The position numbers and the translations under genes are program-made. The notes below the pieces were generated by a model, which was not told the origin of the DNA, searched no databases, and saw nothing but the letters and a program-made list of their open reading frames with translations. Below, piece after piece: positions 1 to 10,741 of a DNA stretch of 39,166 nucleotides. The number at the start of each line of letters is the position of its first letter. Positions within the stretch are counted from its first letter, which is position 1. Origin of the DNA: an uncultured Pseudomonadota bacterium (GTDB lineage Bacteria; Oederibacteriota; Muellerivitia; Muellerivitales; Muellerivitaceae); the NCBI GenBank assembly GCA_963843375.1, contig CAWJKT010000020.1, positions 1-39,166 of the forward strand, given 5' to 3'.

Positions 1-1
1 T

Positions 2-328
2 CAAATGGGAACGACGCTTGAGATTTCCCGTCCATCCCCCTGTCAGATTCAATTTACGTTGAGGGCTGACAAGGCTGGATTCCTGGTTTTCGACGAAAGC
101 TTCGCACCCGGATGGCACGCCTGGGTGAACGGAATTCCGAAAACCATATTCCGGGCCGATGGGTTGTTTATGGCCGTGCCGCTTAATGAAGAAGGGGAGA
201 ATAAGGTGGATTTCAGATATGAACCGGCTTCTTTCCGGCTTGGTTTGTTTATTAGCTTGATATCATTGGTGATTGGATTTTTTGTTTTATTCACAAAATC
301 AAAAAAGATGTTCAATGTTTTTATTTAA
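2..328 (+). CDS. YfhO-family membrane protein (GT-C-like glycosyltransferase), C-terminal part only; gene starts upstream of the window
   Basis: LVFDESFAPGWHAWVNG...IFRADGLFMAVPL...VDFRYEP..FRLGLFIS followed by a final TM helix is the typical YfhO C-terminal signature; the frame is open from the window edge. Confidence 0.8.
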   Translation, partial: QMGTTLEISRPSPCQIQFTLRADKAGFLVFDESFAPGWHAWVNGIPKTIFRADGLFMAVPLNEEGENKVDFRYEPASFRLGLFISLISLVIGFFVLFTKSKKMFNVFI

Positions 329-713
329 TTAAGTTTGAATGGGACTTTTGTTTCAACACGGCCATCGCTTTTACAGCCGTACAAGGGTGGTTGAATAAAA
401 CGATGTGTGCTGATGCGTTAAAGCTCCTTCTCTGGTGCCTCCTCAAATGAATTTTAAAGTTTAAATTCCCTTGTAAAACGGTTTTCCCTATAAATGTAGG
501 ATTGGCATTGAACATAGATGGTTCAATCCGTTTAAATGGTTAGGCGGGTGTAGTGTGCTTGTGCCCAAACCTGGAAGGGAATCTGAAAGTTTCCTTTTCG
601 GTATTTTACACTTAAAACATTTTTAGTAATAACCGGGGTGACTCCCGTTTAGGACTCATGAAATCTAAAAGACTCATGGCCGGGAATTTAGTTTTTAAAA
701 TTCCGGTGAGCCG

Positions 714-3700
714 ATGGGTTTGAATTTTAAACCCACCTTCCTTGCCTATTTCCATCATTCTTCCTATGTAACCGGTTTAAAATCCAAATGGCCTGAAGTT
801 TTCGCCTTTCTTATTTTTTTAAATGTTCTTCCTGTTTTTTCTCAAACCTGCAACACCAACACTTCTAATGTTTCCAATCTTTGCATTACGGTTTCACCTG
901 TGAATCCGCCTCCCGGTTCTTCCATAACGGTCACTGCCACTTATTGCAGTACGGTCAATGGGGGAGATGGAACCGAATTCATCGTAGAGTTGAACAGCAA
1001 CGCCACGACCATTCAGGCTTGCCCGACGTCGGGACAAATATTTCTGGTGGATTTAAATGGACAAAACGAAGACGATTCCAATCCTTGCGGAGCCAGTGAG
1101 GGATGCGATATCGGTTGGTACGATGGCATTCTTAACGCTGGTGCGACCTGCACAAGTCACTCAGTCACCTGGACTTTGACCGTTCCAAGCAATGTGACCG
1201 TGGGAGGGACTTACAACGTTATTGTGGCGGCGGGGGGATATACTGATCTGCGTTGTGGCGCCGCTCCCCTTAATTCTGTTTCAATCCCCGTGACGATTCC
1301 CCTGCCGGCTCCCGCGATTTCCGCGGTAAAAAGCGTTGAAGAAAGTAGTACCACGGTGAATCCGGGAGATCTTTTGCTGTTCAGCATTGATTATTCCTTC
1401 GTCAATACCAACGACTTTCAGATTACCGATACGGTTCCCCCCAACACAACCCTGGTTTCAACGGGGCCCCCAGCGATAGAAAGCGGTGCCGTTTCCGGAG
1501 CAGCAGCGGGAAGCGGAGTAACTTGGTCTCTTGGGGCCGCCACCACTCAGACCACGGGAGAAGTTTGGATGCTGGTAAGGGTCAATTCGGGGGCCTCCGC
1601 GCCCGTTTCGGGCACGGCCATTTCTAATACCGCTTCCCTGACATCGAGTGATTTCACCACGCCCATTTCCACCAACACTGCCTCTGCGACAGTTGGCCCT
1701 GGTTTTACGATCGCCAAAAGCGAATCTTCCACCTCACTTCTTCCTGGGCAAAATATTACCTACACCCTCACTTACAGCCACAAGGGTCAGAGCCTTCAAT
1801 TATTTGATTCTTATGACAACGATGGGGTTGGAACAAGCGGCGACGGTATTGAAGGCTTCGATGGCACCCCTTATACGACCTCTGGGGGGGTTTCCTTTAC
1901 AGTGGCATCCGATCCTGTAGGCAACCACTACATCGTGGCTCAAGCCTGTCTGGGGGACTCCCAAAGTACGACCTGTAATACTTGGGGGACATTGTTGAGA
2001 AATGGACCGACCGTTAATATTTGTACGGGTTATACGGTCGAAGGGAATTATTATATTCCGGTCGGCGACCCTGAGGGAGCGGACGCGACGATGGTTATCG
2101 GGGAGGCCGGGACTAACGCTTATATGTTGGGAATATCCCTCGACCCCTACCCGGGCAATTTTTTCCTTCAGAAAAACATCACCGGAACGGTGACCGATCC
2201 GGTAACTCTTTTGGATAACCAAATCGGCACCACCATTACCGCCGGTGTGTGGTACACGGCTGAAGCCCAGATTACCTATAATGGAACTGATATTATCATC
2301 TGCGCGTCCGTGTGGCCGACCGGTAGCACCCAACCCGCCAGTTGGACCTTTTGTTACACGGATACCAGTCCTCTTCCTTGTGGTCCCTATCAAATAGGAT
2401 GGCAGGCGGACGGGTCGGCCAATGTCGATTATTATTCTGATTTAACCCTTTTTGGTCCCGATCCCGCTGTCAACATGCAGGTTTCGGACACAGTTCCAAC
2501 GGGAGTGGCATACCTGGGTAACTCGGTGGCAACGGTAGTCGCGACGCCTGCCGCCACGGTGACATTTTCTCAGGGTCCACCCTTGAGTTGGAGTTTTCCT
2601 GGCACACTCTATAATGGACCTAGTGGAGCCATTTCCTGGTGGGGTTCGGTAGACTGCACTTCAACCGGGGCTCTCGTCAACAGTTCAGACATCCAGGCCT
2701 CCGGAGTCAGTACCGTAATATCCAATGCCGTGACGGCTTCCGTAGCCACTTGTAGCTTTACACCCACGCCCACCAATACGCCGACCAATACCGCTACCTT
2801 GACCCCGACTTTTACACCAACCAATACCGATACCAAAACTCCCACCAATACCACAACCAACACAGCGACGAATACACCCACACCCACTCCAACGAATACA
2901 GCGACTTTTACCGCTACCATTACGACAACCAATACTCCAACCAACACTGATACGAATACCCCCTCACCTACCCCGACCAACACCCCGACCAACACGCCCA
3001 CCCCGACTTCCACGAATACACCGACCCTGACGGATACCAACACCCCTACTTGGACGGCTACCAATACACCAACCAATACTCCAACCTCTACCCCTACTTA
3101 TACGCCCACGCTCACGCCGACTGATACTTTTGTTTTTACGGCGACGAACACCGATACGCCTACGCCTAGCAATACCCCGACCAATACGGACACCAACACC
3201 CCCAGTTCCACATTTACGAATACCCCCACAAACACTCCCAGTATGACCCCAACTTACACCCCCACTTTAACGGAAACACCTACCCCGACTAATAGCCCCA
3301 CCAATACCTTTACCGCTACACCAAGCGCTACACCTACCAACACCGTGACCCCAACTTTTACTTACACTTTGACCCCGACCTTCACCGTTACCGACACGCC
3401 CACAGCAACTGATACTTTTACCGTTACGAATACCCCAACCCCCACATTTACAATGACTGAAACCTTCACACCCACAAATACCCTAACCCCGACTTATACT
3501 TTTACCTCGACTCCGACATTTACCTTAACCAACACCCCCACCCTCACGGATACCTCAACGTCAACCAATAGTCCTACAAACACTTTCACCTACACTAGTA
3601 CCTTTACTCCGACTATGACCCCAACCCAGACTTTCACCCCAACCCCCACAAATACCGCCACACTAACCCCGACTTCCACCGATACTTCCACACCCACCAA

Positions 3701-5030
3701 AAGCCCCACTCCAAGCGCCACGGCGACGCCCACCAACACATTTACTTCCACGCCCACCCCAGTGGCCGAAGTGGCCATCCAAAAGAAGGCTTCGGAAACC
3801 ACCGCCTCCTCGGGTGATATTATTAACTACGACATTACCTTGAACGTAACCGGCAGTACGGCATTTAACCCAGTCGTCGTGGATACATTGCCTGCAAACG
3901 TCACCTTTAATAGTTACGGATCAGACCCGCCCGGGACCACCACCCTTCCTCCAACTGGATCTCTTTTGACATGGAACCTTCCCAACTTAAGTCCGGGTAC
4001 TTACGACTTGTTTTATTCGGCTCAAATAAATAATTTCGTGGCGGGAGGCACTGTGTTAGTCAACAAAGCCTGGGTCACCTATTTGGGAGGGGGGCCCGTT
4101 ACCGCGGTTGCGAATGTGACAGTGGCTGGGCAATATACAATCCAGGTGAACGTCTACAATGAAGCGGGAGAGGTCGTGAAGACCATTCTGGTCACACAAA
4201 TGTCCCAGCCGATTCTAAACATCCAACTCGCCCCCGCAACCATCACTAGTCTGGAAGGGCAGGTGCAGATTTACGACGGAAGTTATCTTATTGGAACTTG
4301 GGATGGAACGACCAACAACGGGACCCCGGCTACCAACGGCGTTTACCATATCAGTGTGGACAGCACCGATTCTTCTGGCGTCATCCAAAGCGTTACACAA
4401 GAAGCCGTGGTTAGCCGGTCTATCGCGCAAGTGAACGTTAATATCTACAATGAGGCGGGGGAAATCGTGCGGCACTTATTCGCCTATATGGACGACCCTA
4501 ATAATAGTTCGATTTCAGGATTCAGTCTTTCGGCTGCCACGATCGTACCTGGCTCATCTTCTCCCGGGACACCCAGTCAGGTCCAAATCACCAGTAACCT
4601 GGGTACTCTTTTGGCGACTTGGAATGGGCTAAATGATTCAGGTTCTGTGGTGACCAACGGGGTTTACTTTGTTGAGATGACAGTCTTTAACGGTGCGGGA
4701 GGAGAATCCGTTATGACGAAAACGGTGAGCGTATTACAACAGGGAAACCATTGGGCCGCGGGAGTAGTAACGGCTGCCCCGAATGAAGCTGACGCGGATC
4801 ATCCGACGATCACGTTCATAACCGGGACACCCGGGTTGACCCTGGAAGTTAAAATTTACGATATGGCAGGTGAATTGGTGGCGAATATCACCGGGGTTAC
4901 AGGAACCAGCCAGGTCCAATGGACCCCAAACCGAACCGCCAGCGGAATCTATATTGCGGTAGTGGGCCTAGCTGATACCAATGGCCATTGGGCGGGCCAA
5001 CAGACTTTCAAGTTGCTGGTCCGACACTAG
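714..5030 (+). CDS. Large secreted/surface protein: signal peptide, Cys-rich N-domain, three DUF11-like Ig repeats, lectin-like insert, ~335-aa Thr/Pro stalk, three C-terminal FlgD-Ig/T9SS-CTD-like units
   Basis: 1438-aa ORF; hydrophobic leader ending VFS-QT; K-x-PGD-x-Y...TDTVP/DTLP...N repeats; TPTNT-rich tract 2757-3762; [16 protein letters not shown] and YDMAGELV motifs, each followed by W(D/N)G...NGVY or W...ASGIY. Confidence 0.85.
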   Translation: MGLNFKPTFLAYFHHSSYVTGLKSKWPEVFAFLIFLNVLPVFSQTCNTNTSNVSNLCITVSPVNPPPGSSITVTATYCSTVNGGDGTEFIVELNSNATTIQACPTSGQIFLVDLNGQNEDDSNPCGASEGCDIGWYDGILNAGATCTSHSVTWTLTVPSNVTVGGTYNVIVAAGGYTDLRCGAAPLNSVSIPVTIPLPAPAISAVKSVEESSTTVNPGDLLLFSIDYSFVNTNDFQITDTVPPNTTLVSTGPPAIESGAVSGAAAGSGVTWSLGAATTQTTGEVWMLVRVNSGASAPVSGTAISNTASLTSSDFTTPISTNTASATVGPGFTIAKSESSTSLLPGQNITYTLTYSHKGQSLQLFDSYDNDGVGTSGDGIEGFDGTPYTTSGGVSFTVASDPVGNHYIVAQACLGDSQSTTCNTWGTLLRNGPTVNICTGYTVEGNYYIPVGDPEGADATMVIGEAGTNAYMLGISLDPYPGNFFLQKNITGTVTDPVTLLDNQIGTTITAGVWYTAEAQITYNGTDIIICASVWPTGSTQPASWTFCYTDTSPLPCGPYQIGWQADGSANVDYYSDLTLFGPDPAVNMQVSDTVPTGVAYLGNSVATVVATPAATVTFSQGPPLSWSFPGTLYNGPSGAISWWGSVDCTSTGALVNSSDIQASGVSTVISNAVTASVATCSFTPTPTNTPTNTATLTPTFTPTNTDTKTPTNTTTNTATNTPTPTPTNTATFTATITTTNTPTNTDTNTPSPTPTNTPTNTPTPTSTNTPTLTDTNTPTWTATNTPTNTPTSTPTYTPTLTPTDTFVFTATNTDTPTPSNTPTNTDTNTPSSTFTNTPTNTPSMTPTYTPTLTETPTPTNSPTNTFTATPSATPTNTVTPTFTYTLTPTFTVTDTPTATDTFTVTNTPTPTFTMTETFTPTNTLTPTYTFTSTPTFTLTNTPTLTDTSTSTNSPTNTFTYTSTFTPTMTPTQTFTPTPTNTATLTPTSTDTSTPTKSPTPSATATPTNTFTSTPTPVAEVAIQKKASETTASSGDIINYDITLNVTGSTAFNPVVVDTLPANVTFNSYGSDPPGTTTLPPTGSLLTWNLPNLSPGTYDLFYSAQINNFVAGGTVLVNKAWVTYLGGGPVTAVANVTVAGQYTIQVNVYNEAGEVVKTILVTQMSQPILNIQLAPATITSLEGQVQIYDGSYLIGTWDGTTNNGTPATNGVYHISVDSTDSSGVIQSVTQEAVVSRSIAQVNVNIYNEAGEIVRHLFAYMDDPNNSSISGFSLSAATIVPGSSSPGTPSQVQITSNLGTLLATWNGLNDSGSVVTNGVYFVEMTVFNGAGGESVMTKTVSVLQQGNHWAAGVVTAAPNEADADHPTITFITGTPGLTLEVKIYDMAGELVANITGVTGTSQVQWTPNRTASGIYIAVVGLADTNGHWAGQQTFKLLVRH
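2757..3762 (+). repeat. Low-complexity Thr/Pro-rich coding repeat (mucin-like linker)
   Basis: About 1 kb in which nearly every second codon is ACN (Thr); degenerate TPTNTPT/TFTPT units. Confidence 0.95.
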
Positions 5031-5138
5031 GATTCTTCCGGCGTTATAACCATTTCCTAAAATAGCTTCTTTGTGCATTATATTGTCCTGTCTGAGTAAA
5101 CTATGTTCGAAACAACCCGCAACTGGAGGTTTTTTCAC

Positions 5139-5822
5139 ATGCGCAAGTTCCTTTTGGTGTTTTTTTGTTGGATATCCTTGGGTATCGCATGGGCCAAGCG
5201 CGAACCTCCTCCTTTTATCCCTCCCGTGGACGATGGTATATACCGCTTCGTTTTAAGGGAAAACAGTCAGCCGGATAAGAATAATGTCTATAAAGGAGGA
5301 CATGTAGAGGCTTATCTGAAAGTCACGGGCGAAAAATTGTGGGAGAAATACCTCTATAAAGTACAGTTGGATCCAACTGTCGAAAAAGATGTGCAAGATG
5401 TTTTTATTTGTGAAATGTACCTGGATAAACCCAACCGGCTGATTCTGAAAAACGAAAGAGGGGAATGGTTTGTTTTAGAGCGCCGAACCGGGGACCTTCT
5501 TCAAGTGGCGGATTTCAAACGGGTAGAGGAGGAGAAAAGCCCCGAAGATCCTGACTCCACTCAAGTTGAACCCATTCTTCAGGGCAATTTCCTGATTGAG
5601 GCGGACGAATCAGTCAGCTATGGCCACCAAAAGGTAAGAGTTTTTGACGTGCCAACTGGGCAACTGCTTTGGGAAAAAAAGATCCCCTCCCCCAGTGATG
5701 GGAATGGAGGCCGAAGCCATATTTCCTTTATGTTGTTGAATCCGGGAGGTCAGTTGGAGATTAATTTCGAAGATAGTTCTGAATGTTTAGTGGACGTCAA
5801 GACGGGGAAGTTGTTGAAATAA
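5139..5822 (+). CDS. Secreted hypothetical protein with internal duplication (PQQ-like beta-propeller-type repeats)
   Basis: GGAGG at 5125-5129 before ATG 5139; signal peptide MRKFLLVFFCWISLGIAWA; repeated TGEKLWEK/TGQLLWEK and ERRTGDLL/DVKTGKLL. Confidence 0.7.
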   Translation: MRKFLLVFFCWISLGIAWAKREPPPFIPPVDDGIYRFVLRENSQPDKNNVYKGGHVEAYLKVTGEKLWEKYLYKVQLDPTVEKDVQDVFICEMYLDKPNRLILKNERGEWFVLERRTGDLLQVADFKRVEEEKSPEDPDSTQVEPILQGNFLIEADESVSYGHQKVRVFDVPTGQLLWEKKIPSPSDGNGGRSHISFMLLNPGGQLEINFEDSSECLVDVKTGKLLK

Positions 5823-5836
5823 AAGGGCATTCAAAT

Positions 5837-5873
5837 AAAAACCCCTGACTCCAAAGTGGAACCAGGGGTTTTT
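5837..5873. terminator. Bidirectional rho-independent terminator between convergent genes
   Basis: AAAAACCCCTG...CAGGGGTTTTT inverted repeat with inner TCCA-AAG-TGGA; A-tract and T-tract flanks. Confidence 0.85.
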
Positions 5874-5890
5874 GTTTTTAAAGCGGATTT

Positions 5891-6958
5891 TTAGGCGATC
5901 GTGACGTCTTTACAAAGGTAGACATCCTGGATGGTGTTCAGGAGTTTGGCCCCTTCTTCCATCGGGCGTTGGAAAGCTTTGCGGCCTGAAATCAGACCCA
6001 TGCCACCCGCGCGCTTGTTGACAACCGCGGTTTTGACCGCTTCGGCAAAGTCGTTCTCGCCCGAAGCGCCGCCTGAATTGATCAATCCGGCCCGGCCCAT
6101 GTAACAGTTGGCCACCTGCCAACGGGTCCATTCAATCGGGTGGTCGGGACAGAGCGTGTCGTACATGCGCTTGTCAAACTTTCCATAGGAAGATTCCTGG
6201 TTCAGATAGGCAAACCCGCCGTTATTCTCCGGCAGTTTTTGCTTGATGATGTCGGCTTCAATAGTGACCCCCAAGTGATTTGCCTGGCCCGTCAAGTCGG
6301 CGGATACGTGGAAGTCTTTTTCTTTGGTCTTGAAAGCCTTATTGCGCACGTAGCACCAGAGAACCGTGAACATTCCATATTCGTGGGCTTGTTGAAAAGC
6401 CTTGGTGGTTTCCTCTATTTCTTTTTGGGAGTTCTCGCTTCCGAAGTATACGGTGGCTCCGATACCCGCGGCACCCATGTCATAGGCTTGCTTGACCGAG
6501 CCGAAGTAGAACTGGGAGGCCTTGTTGGGATAGGTTAATAGTTCGTTATGGTTAAGCTTGACCAAAAAGGGAATTTTGTGGGCGTATTTACGAGACATGA
6601 TGCCCAGAACTCCCAGCGTTGAAGCCACCGCATTACATCCGCCCGCCAAGGCAAGCTTAATGATATTTTCGGCGTCAAAGTAAATCGGATTCTTGGCAAA
6701 TGAAGCCCCCGCGGAGTGTTCGATGCCTTGATCCACTGGCAAGATGGAGAGGTAGCCGGTACCCGCTAAGCGGCCTGCGTTGTAGAGCCAATTCAAACTG
6801 GAAAGGACGCGGTTGTTACGGTCCGATTGGGTGAAAATGCGGTCAACCCAGTTGCCATCGGGAATATGAAGCGAATCCTTGGAGATTCCCTTACACTTAT
6901 AGCCCAGTAAATCCTTTGCCTGGCTTCCTAAGTGTTTTTCGATATCGGAAATATTCAT
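5891..6958 (-). CDS. fbaB: Class I fructose-bisphosphate aldolase (DhnA type)
   Basis: [65 protein letters not shown] before ATG 6958. Confidence 0.95.
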   Translation of the reverse strand: MNISDIEKHLGSQAKDLLGYKCKGISKDSLHIPDGNWVDRIFTQSDRNNRVLSSLNWLYNAGRLAGTGYLSILPVDQGIEHSAGASFAKNPIYFDAENIIKLALAGGCNAVASTLGVLGIMSRKYAHKIPFLVKLNHNELLTYPNKASQFYFGSVKQAYDMGAAGIGATVYFGSENSQKEIEETTKAFQQAHEYGMFTVLWCYVRNKAFKTKEKDFHVSADLTGQANHLGVTIEADIIKQKLPENNGGFAYLNQESSYGKFDKRMYDTLCPDHPIEWTRWQVANCYMGRAGLINSGGASGENDFAEAVKTAVVNKRAGGMGLISGRKAFQRPMEEGAKLLNTIQDVYLCKDVTIA

Positions 6959-7131
6959 GGTCCCATCCTTCGTTGGAGTTTGAAACACGATTCAGCGTGG
7001 TAAAAGGCCCTTAAATGAGCCACTACTAATACAAAATCGGTAATGAATAAGCAAGCTTTTGTTTGCCCGGGAATGGGTGGAAATCACCTGTGGCAAAGGT
7101 GTCTCTTCGCGCCTTTCATTAAAAATTCCCG

Positions 7132-7485
7132 TCACTTCCAAATTTTGTTGAATTCTTCTTCCTTGAAGCCGATCGTGGCTTTTTCGCCCTCCATAATCAA
7201 GGGACGCTTGATGAGTCGACCGTTTTTTGAGAGCAGTTCCAATATTTGTTCTTCCGTCATGCCTTTCACCTTCTCCTTCATGTTCAGCAAGCGGTATTGC
7301 TCACCGCTTTTATTGAGGAGATCGGTTATTTTTTTGCCGCTCAATTTCAATATTTCCTTTAATTCGGTCTTGTCCGGCGGGGTCAAGGTGATATCAGCGG
7401 CCTGGAAGTCCTTGTGCCGCTTTTCCAGCCACTTTTGGGCGTTCCGGCAGGTCGAACATTTGGGGTATTGGTAAAACTTGAACAT
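7132..7485 (-). CDS. ArsC/Spx-MgsR family thioredoxin-fold protein
   Basis: YQYPKCSTCRNAQKWL (CxxC) and LIKRPL; GGAGG RBS before ATG 7485. Confidence 0.9.
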   Translation of the reverse strand: MFKFYQYPKCSTCRNAQKWLEKRHKDFQAADITLTPPDKTELKEILKLSGKKITDLLNKSGEQYRLLNMKEKVKGMTEEQILELLSKNGRLIKRPLIMEGEKATIGFKEEEFNKIWK

Positions 7486-7612
7486 GCTTTCCTCCATTTA
7501 AATTAAAACAAAAATTTTGAGAAGGGTTATTTAACTTGAGAAAGAATCTAAAAGCTAGTTTGATATAACCCGTTTACTTTTGCCGATCTAAAGCCAAGGA
7601 TAAAGTTTGACC

Positions 7613-8554
7613 ATGTTGGAGCGAAAACCATTCCGTGCCTTGTGCTTGGGCAACGTCCTGGTAGACGTGCTAGTAAAACCAGTGGATAAATTACCCCCGT
7701 CCGGGGGTCTGCTTTCGGTCAAACATGTGGAGTTGGCACTGGGTGGGTGCGCTTCCAACACTTCGGTGGCCTTGAGCCGTCTGGGAGTCAAGACCTCTCT
7801 TTGGGGCAAGGTGGGGCGGGACCATTTCAGTCAGTTTGCCCTGGAAGAGCTTAATCGGTCGGGGGTGAATACTTCCGGTATGGTAAGAGACCCTCGGGTT
7901 TCGACTTCGGCCACAGTGGTGCTGGTGGATTCCAAGGCCCGGCGTTCTTTTCTTCATTCGGTCGCGGCCAATGACCATATTCATCGAAGCGATTTAAAAA
8001 TTTCCCGCCTTTTCACTTTTAATCATTTGCACATAGGCGGGTATTTTTTATTTCCGGCCTTGGACGGCGCTCCAATGGCCAGGATTCTCAGGGAGGCCCA
8101 GCAGGAGAAATTGACCACTTCTTTGGATACAGCCTGGGACCTGAAGGGCCGATGGATGAAGGTCCTGAAGCCCTGCCTGCCTTACTTGGATTATTTCGTG
8201 CCCAGTCAGAGGGAAGTGAAGATGCTCTTGGGTTATACCAACCCGGTCAAGGCCGCCAAGGTTTTTATCCAAATGGGCTGCAAATGTGTCGTTGTGAAAA
8301 TGGGAGAGAGGGGCTCTTATTTCTTGACCCGAAACCAACAAAGCGCCCGGGTTCGGGCATTTAAGACAAATGTCGTCGACACGACCGGCGCCGGGGATTG
8401 TTTTTGCGCGGGTTTTATCAAAGGCTTATCCCTCAAACGGGGCTTGGAGGAATGTCTTAGATTGGGGAACGCTGCAGGGGCCTGTGCCGTTTCCAAACTG
8501 GGCGCCACGGCTGGGCTGCAATCCTTTCAACAAGTTTGCCGTTATTTAAAATGA
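7613..8554 (+). CDS. PfkB-family carbohydrate kinase
   Basis: GGCASNTSVALSRLG and VVDTTGAGDCFCAGF PfkB signatures. Confidence 0.92.
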   Translation: MLERKPFRALCLGNVLVDVLVKPVDKLPPSGGLLSVKHVELALGGCASNTSVALSRLGVKTSLWGKVGRDHFSQFALEELNRSGVNTSGMVRDPRVSTSATVVLVDSKARRSFLHSVAANDHIHRSDLKISRLFTFNHLHIGGYFLFPALDGAPMARILREAQQEKLTTSLDTAWDLKGRWMKVLKPCLPYLDYFVPSQREVKMLLGYTNPVKAAKVFIQMGCKCVVVKMGERGSYFLTRNQQSARVRAFKTNVVDTTGAGDCFCAGFIKGLSLKRGLEECLRLGNAAGACAVSKLGATAGLQSFQQVCRYLK

Positions 8555-8591
8555 TTTCCATGGAAAAGTTTGAGGTTATAGTAATAGGGCT

Positions 8592-10649
8592 ATGAAAAAC
8601 CTTTGGTCGAACAAAGAATCGAAAAAATTCTCGGGCGTGGACTTGCTCGCTTATACCAGCCGCCTTATTGGAGCCAACCCCGAATTAGTGGTTTGGGGCG
8701 GGGGGAACAGCTCTATCAAGTGCGTGGAGCCGGATCACCAGGGCCTGGAAACCCAGGTGATGTATATCAAGGGTTCCGGTTCGGACATGCGCACCATTGA
8801 ACAGAAGCATTTCACCCGCCTGCGCTTAGAAGAACTCCTGCTCTTGGAAAAGCGCGAATCCATGACGGACGAGGAAATGGTGGAGTACCTGGGTCAGACC
8901 ATGATGGGCGGTAACCAGCCCCGGCCTTCCATTGAAACCCTGCTTCACGCTTTTGTGCCCCACGACCATGTGTACCACTCCCACGCCGACGCGATTACTT
9001 CCCTGACTGACACGCCCAACAGCAAGGCCTTGATCGCCAAATTGTTCGGGGAGGAACTGGCCCTCGTATCCTATACCCGTCCCGGGTTCACTCTTTCCAA
9101 GTGGGTGGCGGCCATCGCCCAGTCCCGGTTGAGTTTGAAAGGCGTCATCCTGGACAAGCATGGGTTAATTACCTGGGGAAAAACTGCCCAAGAAGCTTAC
9201 GAAAGAACCATCGGTTTTTGCACAAAAGCCGAAAAATTTATCCTGGCCGCCAAACGTAAAAGGCCTTTCCCCCTGGGTCGGATCACGGTGAGGCCGGTTC
9301 CGCTTTTGGACCGTCAAAAAAGAGTGGTTGAATTGCTCCCCGTGATCCGAGGGGTTGTCAGCAAAAACCAGAGAATGATCCTTCTTTGGGATGATTCCGC
9401 CGAGGTTTTGGACTTTATCGGCCGACCCGGAGTCGCCAAGGCTTCCCAATTAGGTCCCATGACGCCGGATCATTTGATGCACATCAAACCCAGGCCCCTG
9501 TTTATTAAAAAGCCTTCCGCGGATCCCTCGAAATTGGCCTTACAGTTGAAAAAAGATCTTCTTCTATATGAGAAGAATTACGTCCGTTACTTCAACCGCT
9601 ACAAAGAGGGTCCATTGACACCGTTGGATCCCAATCCCAGGATCATCCTCATTCCTGGTTTGGGAATGTTGACCACGGGTAAAAACTGGCAAGCGGCCAA
9701 GATTGTCCAGGATCTTTATCGTCATAATCTGCGGGTGATTCAAAACGCCTTTGCCATCAACCGGTTTGAGTCCATTAACGAGAAAGAAATCCATCGTTTC
9801 GAGTATTGGCCCCTGGAAAATTACAAACTGACCCTATTGCCCAAAGAAAAGGAGTTTTCCAGGCGCATCGTGCTGGTCACCGGCGGGGCCAGCGGCATTG
9901 GCCGGGCCACGGCCTTCGCTTTTGCCCGCGAAGGGGCCCAGGTTTTTTTGACGGATTTGAACGTCCCAGGCACGCTTGAAACGGTTCGGGCCATCTGCCA
10001 AAAGTATGGGGATCATGCTGCCGAGGGCTGTGGGCTGGACGTGGGCGACGAAAAAAGCGTTCAGACGGCTTTCGAAAAGTGTCTTCTGGCTTTTGGTGGA
10101 TTGGACATCGTTTTTTCCAACGCGGGTATTGCCAAGAGTTCGCCCATCAAGGAATTAACCCTTCCGGATTGGGAGATAAGCCTGAAGGTTAATGCCACGG
10201 GACATTTCCTGGTGGCCCGGGAAACGGCAAGGGTTCTAACCCGGCAGGGTTTGGGTGGTTCTTTTATTCTCAACGCCACCAAAAATGTGATGGCACCGGG
10301 TAATGATTTCGCCGCCTATAGCGCCGCGAAAGCCGCTTCGGTCCAGGTTGCCCGTATCCTGGCTATGGAACACGGGAAAGACGGCATCCGGGTGAATATC
10401 GTGAACCCTGACGCCGTTTTCGAGGGTTCGAAACTTTGGGAATCGGTTAGCCGCCAGAGGGCCAAGGCCCATGGTGTTTCCATCGATGAACTCAAGCAGT
10501 TTTACGTCCAGCGTAATCTTCTTAAAACCCAGGTGAAATCCGAGGATGTGGCCGAAGCCGTTTTGTTCCTCGCCTCTGATCGGGCCGCCAAGACTACCGG
10601 CGCCATGTTTCCGGTGGACGGTGGAATAAAGGAAGCTTTTCCCCGTTAA
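8592..10649 (+). CDS. Bifunctional rhamnulose-1-phosphate aldolase / short-chain dehydrogenase (RhaEW/YuxG-like)
   Basis: N-terminal class II aldolase motifs GGGNSSIK, KGSGSD, PSIETLLHAF..H..HSHAD, KHGL, TPDH; C-terminal SDR motifs TGGASGIG, NAGI, YSAAK, end GIKEAFPR. Confidence 0.92.
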   Translation: MKNLWSNKESKKFSGVDLLAYTSRLIGANPELVVWGGGNSSIKCVEPDHQGLETQVMYIKGSGSDMRTIEQKHFTRLRLEELLLLEKRESMTDEEMVEYLGQTMMGGNQPRPSIETLLHAFVPHDHVYHSHADAITSLTDTPNSKALIAKLFGEELALVSYTRPGFTLSKWVAAIAQSRLSLKGVILDKHGLITWGKTAQEAYERTIGFCTKAEKFILAAKRKRPFPLGRITVRPVPLLDRQKRVVELLPVIRGVVSKNQRMILLWDDSAEVLDFIGRPGVAKASQLGPMTPDHLMHIKPRPLFIKKPSADPSKLALQLKKDLLLYEKNYVRYFNRYKEGPLTPLDPNPRIILIPGLGMLTTGKNWQAAKIVQDLYRHNLRVIQNAFAINRFESINEKEIHRFEYWPLENYKLTLLPKEKEFSRRIVLVTGGASGIGRATAFAFAREGAQVFLTDLNVPGTLETVRAICQKYGDHAAEGCGLDVGDEKSVQTAFEKCLLAFGGLDIVFSNAGIAKSSPIKELTLPDWEISLKVNATGHFLVARETARVLTRQGLGGSFILNATKNVMAPGNDFAAYSAAKAASVQVARILAMEHGKDGIRVNIVNPDAVFEGSKLWESVSRQRAKAHGVSIDELKQFYVQRNLLKTQVKSEDVAEAVLFLASDRAAKTTGAMFPVDGGIKEAFPR

Positions 10650-10741
10650 ACCAACCCTAAATAATTGATTTTGGCCATGCCCTCAAAACACAGTCGCTTT
10701 ATAATACCGCCCGTTTAACTTCCTTTTCCCCGGAGGGTTCG

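Noticed and set aside
2609..3802. Val/Gly-rich minus-strand ORFs (2609-3076, 3590-3802)
   Set aside because: Antisense shadows of the Thr/Pro repeat
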